Origin: an uncultured Chloroflexia bacterium
GTDB taxonomy: Bacteria > Chloroflexota > Limnocylindria > QHBO01
Direction: 5' to 3'
Assembly: GCA_963825525.1 (NCBI GenBank)
Contig: CAWGTN010000002.1
Span: 800,001 to 864,000, forward strand
DNA: 64,000 bases
Positions 20,941-31,473 of this stretch are shown in pieces (the first letter of the stretch is position 1; each line of letters starts with the position of its first letter). The notes under the pieces were generated by a model. It was not told the DNA's origin. It saw nothing but the letters and a program-made list of their open reading frames with translations, and did not search any database. A program made the translations under genes and the position numbers.

Positions 20941-21861
20941 CTACAGCACGAAGGGTGGGGTAAATCCGAGATATCGGTCGAACTGTCCGAATGGGCGGCT
21001 GGCCATGAGCAGGGTGAGGAACGGGTCGACTCGGAAGCCGCGGCCCAGCAGGTGACGCATTGCCACGATGTTGGGTGCGGGCACCTCGAACCCGAGGCTC
21101 TCACGGCCCATTGCCACGGCGCGCCCCTCGAGATGGAGCAGCACATCGGGCTGGTGATGGGGCTCCAGGGCCGCGATCGGCCCGACCCCGTCCGCGCCGA
21201 TGAAGGCAAATGCGGCCGGGCGGCCGTCCGGGCTCAGATAGACGTAACCCTCCCGCCGCGCCAGGATCCAGTCGAGCTCGCCACCGCGATCAGCACCAAG
21301 CACCGCGCGTTCGATCTCCATGACGGTAGCGAGCGACGCGGGCCCGCTCTGTGCCTCGATCAGGACGGGCGACAGGGCGTCGGCCGGCGGTGATCCATCG
21401 GTTCGCGGCTCCCCGGTGAATCCGATGATCGGGAACTGGATGGCGGTGCCGGCACGAAGATAGCGGGCCAGCGCCCGAACGTCGGCGGTGGCAATGATGA
21501 GGCGCACTTCGCCACGGTCGACCGGAAACGCGCGTTCGAGCAGCTGCCGGCCGATGCCAGCCGATTGTCGGTCGACGCGCACAAAGAACTCCGTGAGCTC
21601 GAACAGCCCCCCGCGCTCCAGCGAGCGGGCGTATCCGAGCAGGCCCTCGCCGCCGTGACCCTCGGCCACCCACCACTCCGCGGCAATGTCAGCCAGGTGC
21701 TGGTAGAGCGCCTCGAAACGGGGCCATGCCTCCTCGGCGGTGCCGTCCCAGGCTGTGCCGAGCCGCACGGCGAGATCCTGGATGGAGCCCCAGAAGAGGG
21801 CGAAGCAATCGAACGAGTCGTTGCGGTTCCCTGGGCGCAGATGGGGAAGCTCCGCGGACAT
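20941..21861 (-). CDS. Tandem GNAT N-acetyltransferase
   Basis: FFVRVDRQSAGIGRQLL motif A; second degenerate GNAT half. Confidence 0.8.
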   Translation of the reverse strand: MSAELPHLRPGNRNDSFDCFALFWGSIQDLAVRLGTAWDGTAEEAWPRFEALYQHLADIAAEWWVAEGHGGEGLLGYARSLERGGLFELTEFFVRVDRQSAGIGRQLLERAFPVDRGEVRLIIATADVRALARYLRAGTAIQFPIIGFTGEPRTDGSPPADALSPVLIEAQSGPASLATVMEIERAVLGADRGGELDWILARREGYVYLSPDGRPAAFAFIGADGVGPIAALEPHHQPDVLLHLEGRAVAMGRESLGFEVPAPNIVAMRHLLGRGFRVDPFLTLLMASRPFGQFDRYLGFTPPFVL

Positions 21862-21920
21862 TGGAGGCCTCGCTAGCGACTGCTGACCGCCGGATCGTAC
21901 TCCGCAGGTTCCGCGCGATC

Positions 21921-22175
21921 TCAGTCGTACAGGCGCTCGAGATGCCAGGTGCCGCGAATCTCGTCGAGGAAGATCGTGCACAGCAGGCCCGAACGGGTGA
22001 CGACCTTGAAGCAGGCGCGTGCCACCGGCTCGCGCCACCAGGCATCGTCGACCCGCCAGCGGTTGCAGATGCCGAGCTCGCCATGGTCGGTGCCGTCCAT
22101 TTTCAGGCGGACCGGCACGCCGGTGGCATCGGTCTCGACCTGGACCAGCGGGAGATCGGGATAGCGTCGAGTCAT
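21921..22175 (-). CDS. DUF6504-like small protein (resembles the ImuB C-terminal module)
   Basis: RWRVDDAWW...W.LERLYD; ATGA-coupled to imuB. Confidence 0.75.
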   Translation of the reverse strand: MTRRYPDLPLVQVETDATGVPVRLKMDGTDHGELGICNRWRVDDAWWREPVARACFKVVTRSGLLCTIFLDEIRGTWHLERLYD

Positions 22176-23287
22176 GCGCCGATATCCACCAGCTGCGACC
22201 GATGCTCGGGTAGCGCCGCGGTCGGGCGGTCCGCGGTGGCTCGCCACAGGCGCCCCTCTCCGAACCGATGCCGCATCCGTTCGAGCGACCAGCGCAGCTC
22301 CTCCCAGCGAGCGGCGCGGGCCTCGAAGGCGGGAAGCTGGCTGGTCGACGGGTCGCTCAGACGATCCAACGCGAGGAGCATCGCGACGACCCGGGGCTCG
22401 GCAACCTCCTCTTCCGGCTGAAATTGCCCCGGAGCGGGACTGACGGCCACCTTGGGCAGACGGAGCCGGGCCGCTGCCTCGAGGCGGGAGAGCAGCAGCC
22501 GCGCGATCCAGTCCGGCTCGAGGGCCGGCTGGGGGAAGGGCTGGGCGACGTGCAGTGCCGGTGCGTCCTCCAGGGTGAGGCGCAGGACCGCGCGGCCGGG
22601 CGCCACGTGCCGATCACGCAGGCGGTCGCACAGCTCGGCCGCCAGGCGCCGAAGCGTCAGGCTCACGGCACCGATCCCGTCGAGCGGCGTCTCGAACGAG
22701 ATGCGGGCCTCCACGCGTTCCGGGCGCCGGCGCGGCACGATCGGCCGCGGGTCATGGCCGCGAGCCAGGGCCTGGAGCCGCTCCCCCACCACGCCGAACT
22801 GGGAACCGACCGCGGAGCGCGGCAGATCGGCGAGCTGGCGCATGCGGGTCAGCCCGAAGAGCGCAAAGCGCTGTCGCATCGCCGGATCGGCGGGCAACAG
22901 GGTCAATGGCAGGTCGGTGAGCTCCTCGCGTTCGAGCGTGCGAAACGCGGCCGGGGCTTCGGGACGTTCGAATCGGGCAAGGCGCGCGGCGAGCGACGCC
23001 AGCCAGCGGTTGTCACCGATGCCGCAGCGGGTGCGCAGTGGGGCCACCGATCGCGCGAGCATCACGGCCCGAGCCGCGATCCTTCGTTCCGGCCCCCACA
23101 TCGGCTGGAGGCCGGTGATATCCACGAGCGCGACACCGGTATCCACGGCCTCAATGCGCGGGGAGAGGTCGTCGAGCGCATCGAGGATTCGCTCGAACGG
23201 CCGCGCGTCCGCATCGGCGCTGCGGAGGTCGGGCCAGACGAGAGCCAGGAGACGAGTCACGACGGCGAGTCGTCGATCGCTTCCCAT
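22172..23287 (-). CDS. imuB: ImuB-like inactive Y-family polymerase
   Basis: SPRIE, GIGDNRWLASLAA, LFGLTRMRQLA..P.....QFG; catalytic palm residues absent. Confidence 0.75.
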   Translation of the reverse strand: MGSDRRLAVVTRLLALVWPDLRSADADARPFERILDALDDLSPRIEAVDTGVALVDITGLQPMWGPERRIAARAVMLARSVAPLRTRCGIGDNRWLASLAARLARFERPEAPAAFRTLEREELTDLPLTLLPADPAMRQRFALFGLTRMRQLADLPRSAVGSQFGVVGERLQALARGHDPRPIVPRRRPERVEARISFETPLDGIGAVSLTLRRLAAELCDRLRDRHVAPGRAVLRLTLEDAPALHVAQPFPQPALEPDWIARLLLSRLEAAARLRLPKVAVSPAPGQFQPEEEVAEPRVVAMLLALDRLSDPSTSQLPAFEARAARWEELRWSLERMRHRFGEGRLWRATADRPTAALPEHRSQLVDIGA

Positions 23288-23303
23288 GGGGTGGGCGCAG
23301 GCA

Positions 23304-24095
23304 TCACGCGCTCACCACCCGGAGTGCGGGGCGGGCTTCTGACACCGGCTGCGGGCGAGCCAACGTGACGAGGAGTGGATCGATGCGCCGGCCCTCGCCG
23401 AAGAAGAGGTCCAGCTCCGCGGATCCACCGGCCAGCGCCCATCGATGACGCTCCACGGTTGCGCTCACGCGCTGACCGACGAGGTCACGACCGACGGTCA
23501 GCCAGGCAGTGCGCCGAAGCAATACCCGGACCCCGACCGCCACCCCGGCCACCGTGCGCCCGGCCGGGGCCAGGACGATCGCCGAGGTGCTGCCCGAACG
23601 CGCCAGCAGCGAGCCGAGCCGATCCAGCGCGCGACGCTCCGGCATCGAACGCTCCCCGAGGTCGAGGACCAGCGCATCGATCAGGCCCGAGCGCCCCAGC
23701 CAGGCCGCCAGCTCGATCGCCTCGGCGGGATCACGCGGGCGCACGACAAGGAGCCACTCGAGGCTCAGCCCGAGGCGCGCGGCCACGGCCAGGTCGAGGG
23801 TGCCGTCGAGATCGAGCCAGGCCGTCAGCCCCCCGGCGGCCTGCGCAGCGACCAGCGAGGTCAATGCCAGCGTGCTTCCCCCGCCCCCCACGGGCGCGTC
23901 CAGGAATGCCAGCGCACCGCGTGGCCAGCCCCCGGTTCCGAGCGCGGCATCGAGCGACGCATGCCCGCTCGAGACCGATGGACGCGCCTGCTCCGGCATC
24001 GGCGCATCACTGCCGCGGCGCAGCCCGAGGCCGCGTTCGCGGAGGGCCTCGAGGGCGTTGGCCAGGGATGGCGTAACGGCGGTATCGGTCAGCAT
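23304..24095 (-). CDS. imuA: ImuA-like RecA-fold protein with degenerate Walker A
   Basis: SSGHASLDAALGTGGWPRG, GGGSTLAL (no Lys), AWLD; upstream of imuB with a LexA box. Confidence 0.75.
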   Translation of the reverse strand: MLTDTAVTPSLANALEALRERGLGLRRGSDAPMPEQARPSVSSGHASLDAALGTGGWPRGALAFLDAPVGGGGSTLALTSLVAAQAAGGLTAWLDLDGTLDLAVAARLGLSLEWLLVVRPRDPAEAIELAAWLGRSGLIDALVLDLGERSMPERRALDRLGSLLARSGSTSAIVLAPAGRTVAGVAVGVRVLLRRTAWLTVGRDLVGQRVSATVERHRWALAGGSAELDLFFGEGRRIDPLLVTLARPQPVSEARPALRVVSA

Positions 24096-24109
24096 CGGAC
24101 CATGGATGA

Positions 24110-24125
24110 TAGAACAGATGTTCTA
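24110..24125. promoter_or_regulatory. LexA (SOS) box overlapping the imuA -10 (TATCAT, minus strand)
   Basis: TAGAAC-AGAT-GTTCTA. Confidence 0.85.
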
Positions 24126-24149
24126 GTTGGGGAAGGTCCGAAATCCCTT

Positions 24150-24158
24150 TGCTATACT
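24150..24158 (+). promoter_or_regulatory. Extended -10 promoter of tRNA-Ala
   Basis: TGCTATACT ending 26 nt before the tRNA. Confidence 0.65.
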
Positions 24159-24184
24159 CGCCGCCGGTCCCGCACCGTCCGTTT

Positions 24185-24260
24185 GGGGATGTAGCTCAGC
24201 TGGGAGAGCACTGCGTTCGCATCGCAGGGGTCAGGGGTTCGAGTCCCCTCATCTCCACCA
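24185..24260 (+). tRNA. tRNA-Ala (anticodon CGC)
   Basis: 76-nt cloverleaf; GGGGATG/CATCTCC acceptor with G3:U70; CTGCG-TTCGCAT-CGCAG anticodon arm; TTCGA loop; CCA end. Confidence 0.97.
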
Positions 24261-24314
24261 CCTCCTGCCTCCTCTGCGTGGGAGTCGCTCGCGGGTCTCA
24301 TTCACGGCCCCCCC

Positions 24315-24492
24315 CTCGAAATATCGGCTGAACTTCACGGGAGTGCGGTTCTGGGTGCCGATCTCGCGATATATCGAGTGTCGGCGTGCGGGAAGCGCAC
24401 CACGGCGGGCTGCTCACGCTGCGAGACACTCGACATTTCGCGGGAACGACGCGCCAATGAGCCTTCCGGTGAAATCCACTCGATCAATCGAG
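24315..24492. repeat. ~180-bp imperfect inverted repeat (REP/MITE-like)
   Basis: Inner arms TCTCGCGATATATCGAGTGTC (24362-24382) / GACACTCGACATTTCGCGGGA (24425-24445) plus pairing outer arms. Confidence 0.65.
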
Positions 24493-24506
24493 AGTCTGCA
24501 AAGGCC

Positions 24507-24563
24507 GCCACCTCACGCCCGCCACCTCACGCCCGCCACCTCACGCCCGGCCACCCGACGCCC
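24507..24563 (+). repeat. 14-bp tandem repeat
   Basis: GCCACCTCACGCCC x3 perfect plus one degenerate copy. Confidence 0.85.
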
Positions 24564-24695
24564 GACCCCCCACGGCTGCGCGCTGCGCCACACGCTCGGC
24601 ACGCGGCCGTCGGATCTTCGCTTTCGCACGAGCAACATCCACCCGGGACCAGGCGTCTCAGGGCCGATCCACGCGTCACACGGAGTTCTCCGCCC

Positions 24696-25094
24696 ATGGT
24701 CCGAACGCTGGTCAGCGCTGCCGCCGTGTGCATCGCGTCCTGGCTGGGTCTTCTCGTCGGCGCCGGCAACGTCGGCCTTCAGCGCTCCGTGTCGATCGGG
24801 CCGCTGACGCTCTTCGAGCACCCGCTCGCCATCGTGCTGGCCAGCGGGATGGCCTTCGTGATGGCGTTCGCGGCGACCGCGCTGCGCAGATCGAGCCACC
24901 CTCGGCCCCGAGGTCTCGTTGCCGCCGTCCTGGCCGGAGACACGTTGGGAGCCGTCGTGATCGCGCCGCTGGCAGTGGGCGAGCTGACGCCGATCAACGC
25001 CCCGGCGATCTTCGTCGCTCTTGCCGTCCTCGGGCTGCAGCCACTCGCCACGCTTGCCGGCGCGACTGTGCCGCGCGTGCTGCGTCCCGCCTGA
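24696..25094 (+). CDS. Hypothetical membrane protein (~4 TM)
   Basis: Hydrophobic ORF from ATG 24696; ECF-like promoter GCAAC-N17-CGTC upstream. Confidence 0.6.
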   Translation: MVRTLVSAAAVCIASWLGLLVGAGNVGLQRSVSIGPLTLFEHPLAIVLASGMAFVMAFAATALRRSSHPRPRGLVAAVLAGDTLGAVVIAPLAVGELTPINAPAIFVALAVLGLQPLATLAGATVPRVLRPA

Positions 25095-25102
25095 CCACCG
25101 TC

Positions 25103-25639
25103 ATGCGGCCATGGTTCGTGCTGCTTGTTCTCACGGCGTGCAGCGGCGTCCAACCATCGCCACCGGCCTCGAACGCCGCGGGGGAGTGGCTCAGGTGTGA
25201 CGGCGACGAATGGTCGGTCCAGTACCCGCCGGAGTGGGTCGTTCACGAGGCCGATGAGGCGCGCGATCTGGCCGTCTGCGCCCTGTTCGCGCGCGAGCCC
25301 TTCCAGGCTGAGCCGGAGGACGACTGGGGATGGAGCGGCGCGCAGATCGTCCTCGGTCTCAAGGCGGGCTGCCGCGGCTCGTTCGAGGTATCAACGTCCG
25401 AGGAAGAGATCGAGATCGAAGGCTTCCCGGCATGGCGCCGAGCACTCCGCGACGGGCATCTCGACGACGGTCCGCCAACCGCCTACGAGTACTTCATCAA
25501 CCTGAGTCCGGGTGAGGAGTGCGAGGTTGGACGGTGGTTCTACGGTCGCACCGAGGGCGACGACCCAGGCGACTTCGAGGAGAACCGCGTGGTCCTGGAC
25601 GCGATGATGGCCACGCTGAGCCTGCGAAACGCCGATTAG
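25103..25639 (+). CDS. Hypothetical lipoprotein (PsbP-like pattern)
   Basis: Lipobox LTAC; WSVQYPPEW and C-terminal LDAMMATL. Confidence 0.65.
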   Translation: MRPWFVLLVLTACSGVQPSPPASNAAGEWLRCDGDEWSVQYPPEWVVHEADEARDLAVCALFAREPFQAEPEDDWGWSGAQIVLGLKAGCRGSFEVSTSEEEIEIEGFPAWRRALRDGHLDDGPPTAYEYFINLSPGEECEVGRWFYGRTEGDDPGDFEENRVVLDAMMATLSLRNAD

Positions 25640-25759
25640 GGCACCTCTGTCAGCAAGGTGACGAAACCTGCCGCGAGTTGCGCACTGCACGTACGATGGT
25701 GAATGGCCCGCCCGGGCCGGCGACCAAGCGAGGTCGTTCTGACAGGGAGGTTTTCCAAC

Positions 25760-26902
25760 ATGCCCCGATTTGGACTGTCCATCATCGGCCTCGTGGTCCT
25801 CGCACTGGTCATCACGGCCTGTGGCGACACCCCGCCGCCATCCTCAGCTGCACCCGGTTCGAGCACCGATGCCAGCCCAACCGACGCGCCGACGGCTGGC
25901 GAAAGCGCCGAGCCCACCGACGCACCCTCCGGCGAGGGTCGCCTGGCGGCTGTCCAGGACCGCGGCCAGCTGATCTGCGGCGTGAACGGAAGCTTGCCCG
26001 GCTTCAGCTTCCTCGATGACAGCGGCAACACCGTCGGCTTCGACGCTGACTTCTGCCGCGCCGTCGCAGCGGCCGTCCTTGGTGACTCCGAGGCCGTTGA
26101 GTTCCGCGCCCTTTCTGCCGACCAGCGCGGTCCGGCTCTCCAGACCGGCGAGGTCGACGTCCTCATCCGCAACACGACCTGGACCGTCAGCCGCGACACG
26201 AGCTGGGGCATCTTCGCTCCGACCACGTTCTATGACGGCCAGGCAATCATGGTGAACTCCACCCTGACCGACGCCAGCACCCTGGCCGACCTCGACGGCG
26301 CCACGGTGTGCGTCCAGTCCGGCACGACGACCGAGCTGAACCTGGCCGATGCATTCCGCCTCGCGGGCATCGAGCTCGGCGAGCCGGCAGTCTTCCCGGA
26401 GATCGATCCCACCTACCAGGCGTACGAGGAAGAGCGCTGCGACGCGGTCACCAGCGACCGATCGCAGCTTGTCGCGCGGCGCACGGGCTTCGAGAACCCC
26501 GATGACCACGTCATCCTCGATGATGTCCTCTCCAAGGAGCCGCTTGGCCCGGTCGTTCCGATCGGCGACGACCAGTGGTTCAACGTGGTGAAGTGGGTCG
26601 TATTCGCGACCATCGAGGCCGAGGAGCAGGGCATCGACTCGACCAACGTCGAGGAGACCGCCTCGTCCACGGACAACCCGATCGTCCAGCGATTCCTGGG
26701 CGTCACGCCCGAGGGCAGCGATCCGTTCGAGTCCGGCCTCGGCCTGGACGCCGAGTGGGTCGTGGACGTGATCGGCCAGGTCGGCAACTACGCCGAGATC
26801 TACGATCGCAACCTCGGGCCGGGCACGCCGTTCGACCTCGAGCGCGGGCTGAACAGCCTGTGGAGCGACGACGGGCTGCTGTACGCACCACCGTACCGAT
26901 AG
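25760..26902 (+). CDS. aapJ: General L-amino acid ABC transporter, substrate-binding lipoprotein
   Basis: RGQLICGV, GFDADFCRAVAAA, RNTTWT, SKEPLGP, GNYAEIYDRNLG; GGGAGG RBS. Confidence 0.9.
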   Translation: MPRFGLSIIGLVVLALVITACGDTPPPSSAAPGSSTDASPTDAPTAGESAEPTDAPSGEGRLAAVQDRGQLICGVNGSLPGFSFLDDSGNTVGFDADFCRAVAAAVLGDSEAVEFRALSADQRGPALQTGEVDVLIRNTTWTVSRDTSWGIFAPTTFYDGQAIMVNSTLTDASTLADLDGATVCVQSGTTTELNLADAFRLAGIELGEPAVFPEIDPTYQAYEEERCDAVTSDRSQLVARRTGFENPDDHVILDDVLSKEPLGPVVPIGDDQWFNVVKWVVFATIEAEEQGIDSTNVEETASSTDNPIVQRFLGVTPEGSDPFESGLGLDAEWVVDVIGQVGNYAEIYDRNLGPGTPFDLERGLNSLWSDDGLLYAPPYR

Positions 26903-26915
26903 GCATCGGCTAGCA

Positions 26916-26944
26916 ATCGGGGCGGGAGCAATTCCCGCCCCGAT
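26916..26944 (+). terminator. Stem-loop after the binding-protein gene (mRNA stabiliser or partial terminator)
   Basis: ATCGGGGCGGGA-GCAAT-TCCCGCCCCGAT, 12-bp perfect stem. Confidence 0.6.
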
Positions 26945-27026
26945 CCGTTAAGTCCTCGGAGCCGAGATCTTGCGTTTGCGTTTGATCCGAAGGTTGAGGA
27001 CGCTGCCCGCCTGGCTCGCGGCCCGC

Positions 27027-28202
27027 ATGCCGCGTCGCGCATCCGGAGGCGTTCCGCTGTGGCGCGACGTCCGCTTCCTGGAGATCGCGGCCCAGGCCGC
27101 GGTCGTCGTCGTCATCGGCCTCGTGGTCTGGTTCATGGTCAGCAACATGATGTCGGCCATGAGCCAACGGAACCTCGGGTTCGGGTTCAGCTTCCTGGGA
27201 CGCCAGGCGGGCTTCGAGATCAGCGAGAGCCCGATCCCCTACTCGTCGCGAGACACGTACGGCACGGCATTCATCGTCGGCCTGCTCAACACCCTCTTCG
27301 TCAGCTTCCTCGGCATCATCCTGGCCACCGTGCTCGGCCTGATCGTCGGCGTGGCACGCCTGTCACCGAACTGGCTCGTCGCGAGGATCGCGGCCGGCTA
27401 CGTCGAGATCATCCGCAACACCCCGCTGCTCGTGCAGCTCGTCCTCATCTACTTCGCCGTCCTGCTCCAGCTTCCAAGCGTCTCGAGCAGCATCACGATC
27501 GGCGAGGGCTTCTTCCTCAACCAGCGCGGCGTGTTCGTGCCCGGCCCACAGGTCGCCGACGGCTTCGGCATCCTCGTCGCGTCGATCGTGATCGGCATCG
27601 TCGGGCTCATCGTCGCCAACGTGGTCGCCGGGCGGCGGGAGGATGCCGGGAAACCCTCGTACCGCATGCGGACGATCGCCACCGTCGCCCTTGTCGCGCT
27701 GCCGGTCCTCGGCTGGTTTGCCGCCGGCGGCCAGCCGCTGACGTTCGACCTGCCGGTGAAGGAGCGGTTCAACTTTGCCGGCGGCCTGCGCCTGTCACCC
27801 GAATTCTCGGCGCTGCTCTTCGGGCTGGTGCTGTACACCGCCGCCTTCATCGGTGAGGTCGTGCGCGGTGGGATCCAGGCCGTGCGTCGCGGACAGCTCG
27901 AGGCGGCTCGCGCGCTCGGGTTCACCGAGGGTCAGACGCTGCGACTCGTCATCTTCCCGCAGGCGCTGCGCATCATCGTCCCGCCGCTCACGAACCAGTA
28001 CCTCAACCTGGCGAAGAACTCGAGCCTGGCGATCGCGGTGGGCTACCCGGACCTGTTCAAGGTGGGCCAGACCATGGCCAACCAGACGGGCCAGCCAGTG
28101 CCGGTGCTCATCATGATCATGGGCACCTACCTGGCGATCAGCCTCTTCACCTCGCTGCTCATGAACATCTACAACCGACGCGTCCAGGTGCTGGAGCGAT
28201 GA
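27027..28202 (+). CDS. aapQ: Amino acid ABC transporter permease
   Basis: [42 protein letters not shown]. Confidence 0.88.
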   Translation: MPRRASGGVPLWRDVRFLEIAAQAAVVVVIGLVVWFMVSNMMSAMSQRNLGFGFSFLGRQAGFEISESPIPYSSRDTYGTAFIVGLLNTLFVSFLGIILATVLGLIVGVARLSPNWLVARIAAGYVEIIRNTPLLVQLVLIYFAVLLQLPSVSSSITIGEGFFLNQRGVFVPGPQVADGFGILVASIVIGIVGLIVANVVAGRREDAGKPSYRMRTIATVALVALPVLGWFAAGGQPLTFDLPVKERFNFAGGLRLSPEFSALLFGLVLYTAAFIGEVVRGGIQAVRRGQLEAARALGFTEGQTLRLVIFPQALRIIVPPLTNQYLNLAKNSSLAIAVGYPDLFKVGQTMANQTGQPVPVLIMIMGTYLAISLFTSLLMNIYNRRVQVLER

Positions 28203-29392
28203 CCGCCGAGTCGATCCGACCACCGCGCACCGTCATCGGCCCGATCGCCTGGCTGCGCGAAAACCTGTTCTCCGGCCCGATCAGCTCGATCATCACCATC
28301 CTGCTCGGCGCCCTGCTGGTGTGGGTGGCCATCCAGGTCGGGCAGTGGGCGTTGACGGAAGCGCGCTGGAGTGTCGTCAGCAACAACCTGCGCCTCTTCC
28401 TCATCGGACAGTACCCCGCAGACCAGGCATGGCGCCTGTGGGCGGCGATGGCGATCCTGTCGATCCTGGCAGGCGCCTCGGCCGGCATCTTCGGGCTGGC
28501 GTCACGCATGCTCGCAGTCACCCTTTCGGCCGTCCAGCTGCTCCTGGCGCTGCTCATGCTCTTCTCGCCGATCGGCCTGACGGCGGTCGTCGCCTTCGCC
28601 TTCAACGCCGGCATCGTGTGGATCGCCATGATCGCCGGGTTCCGTGGATGGGTGCCGCGCCGGCCGCTCGGCTGGGCATGGATCGCCTCGCTGCCGGCCG
28701 CGTTGTACCTGCTCAGCGGGTTCTCCGGGACGCCCCTGAGCTCGGTCAGCTCGAACGTGTGGGGCGGACTCCTGCTCACGGTCCTGCTGGCCGTGGTCGG
28801 CATCGTGCTCTCGTTCCCGCTCGGCGTGGTGCTCGCCCTTGGACGGCGTTCGGAGCTGCCGGTGCTGCGGATCCTGAGCACCGGCTACATCGAGCTCATC
28901 CGCGGCGTGCCGCTGGTCACGATCCTGTTCATGGCCGACATCATCCTGCCCCTCTTCCTGCCGGGCGAGTGGCGGCTGGACCGCATCGCGCGAGCGATGG
29001 GTGGCATCACGCTCTTCTCCGCCGCCTACGTGGCGGAGAACGTCCGCGGCGGCCTCCAGGCCATCCCCAGTGGCCAGATCGAGGCGGCCCAGGCGCTCGG
29101 GCTCGGGGGCGTGCAGACCAATCGCTACATCGTGCTGCCGCAGGCATTGCGGGCCGTGATCCCGGCCAATGTCGGCCTCTTCATCAGCCTCCTCAAGGAC
29201 ACGACGCTGGTCACGATCATCGGCCTCCTCGAGCTGCTCGGCATCAGCCGCGCGGTGCTGGCCCAGTCCGAATCGTTCGGTGCAAGCCTGGAGGTCTACG
29301 TGTTCATCGCCGCCGTCTTCTTCGTCCTCTCCTACGCCATGTCCCAGGCAAGCTATCGGCTCGAACGCGCCCTCGGGGTGGGCACGCGCTGA
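28199..29392 (+). CDS. aapM: Amino acid ABC transporter permease
   Basis: [33 protein letters not shown]. Confidence 0.88.
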   Translation: MTAESIRPPRTVIGPIAWLRENLFSGPISSIITILLGALLVWVAIQVGQWALTEARWSVVSNNLRLFLIGQYPADQAWRLWAAMAILSILAGASAGIFGLASRMLAVTLSAVQLLLALLMLFSPIGLTAVVAFAFNAGIVWIAMIAGFRGWVPRRPLGWAWIASLPAALYLLSGFSGTPLSSVSSNVWGGLLLTVLLAVVGIVLSFPLGVVLALGRRSELPVLRILSTGYIELIRGVPLVTILFMADIILPLFLPGEWRLDRIARAMGGITLFSAAYVAENVRGGLQAIPSGQIEAAQALGLGGVQTNRYIVLPQALRAVIPANVGLFISLLKDTTLVTIIGLLELLGISRAVLAQSESFGASLEVYVFIAAVFFVLSYAMSQASYRLERALGVGTR

Positions 29393-29427
29393 TGGAAACG
29401 CAACCGACCCCCGATCGAGGTGAACCG

Positions 29428-30201
<774 letters not shown>

Positions 30202-30326
30202 CCTCGCTCCACACACATGCGAATCTGCGCAAATCTATGACTTAGGTTTGACGCGCGAGCCTTGCCGCCCCGTAGCCTCCGGTCGCCGCCCACTTCGACC
30301 CCGCTCGAATCGGTGACCGATCGACC

Positions 30327-31473
30327 TTGTCCCGACCATCCGTCGACATCGACCGTATCCGCGTGCGATTCGCGACCTTCCGTGGTCATGCCGCGCCCGA
30401 CCGTGAGCGCCTGGCGCGTGAGCTCCGCGCATCACCGGCCATCGAGCACGTCCTGCTCGAGACCTGCCACCGGGTCGAGCTGGCGTCCGTGGAGGATGGG
30501 CCCTCACCACGACGGTCAGCTGAGCGGCCGGGACGCCATTCGTCGCGTGTTCGAGGTGGTGGCCGGCTTCGACTCGGCCGTGGTTGCCGAGGAGCAGCTG
30601 CTGGGCCAGGCCCGTGGTGCGTACGAGGCGGCGCTCGCCGCCGGGACGACCGGACCGATCCTCAACGAGCTCTTCCAGCGCGCGCTCCGGTTCGGCCGGA
30701 GCGTCCGCAGCCACGCGCGCCCCGGAAGCGACCGATCGCTGGCCGACCTGGGCGCCGGGTGGCTCGAGGAGCACCTGCCGCAGTCGCCGGCGACGACACT
30801 TGTCGCCGGAACCGGTGAGATGGGACGCATCGTCGGGCATCGGCTCGCCGCTGGCGGCCACCGGGTCATCGTGGCCTCGGGGTCGGCGGAGCGCGGTGGA
30901 CGCCTGGTGGAGGAGCTGGAAGGCGACGGGCACCAGTTGCATGTCGGGCCGCTGACTCGCGGCCGTCTCGACCACGTTGACGCCATGGCGCTGGCCGTCA
31001 GACCTCGCGGAGCGATCGTCCAGGGCGAGCAACTCGGATCCGCGCGACCGTGGGTCCTCGACCTATCGACGCCGAGCGTCGTCGATGCCGAGGCGGCCAC
31101 GGTGCTCGGCGAGCGGCTGCTCACGATCGACGCGCTCGCAACGCTCGGCGGTGGCCGTCGGGTGCTGGCGCCGGCCATCGAGCGGCGACTGCGTGCCGAG
31201 CTGGTGGCAGAAGTCGAATCGTTCATCGAATGGCTCGACGTCCGTGGGTCTGCCGATGCCCTGCGACTGTTGCACGCCGAGGCTGAGGCAGTGCGCCGGC
31301 GGCACCTGGAACGCCTCCGCACCCGCGGAGGACTAGATGATCGGCAGCTCGCCGCCGTTGAGGCTGCGGCCACGGCCATGGTCGGTGAGCTCATGCACGG
31401 CCCCACCGTGGCGCTGCGACGCGGTGGGGCGGACGCCGAGACCGTGCGCCGCCTGTTCAACCTCGAATCGTGA
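30327..31473 (+). CDS. hemA: Glutamyl-tRNA reductase; apparent frameshift near 30505
   Basis: LLETCHRVE in one frame; VAGFDSAVVAEEQLLGQ and GTGEMG in the next. Confidence 0.8.

Noticed and set aside
24507-24563. CRISPR array
   Set aside because: 14-bp units abut with no spacers; no cas genes.
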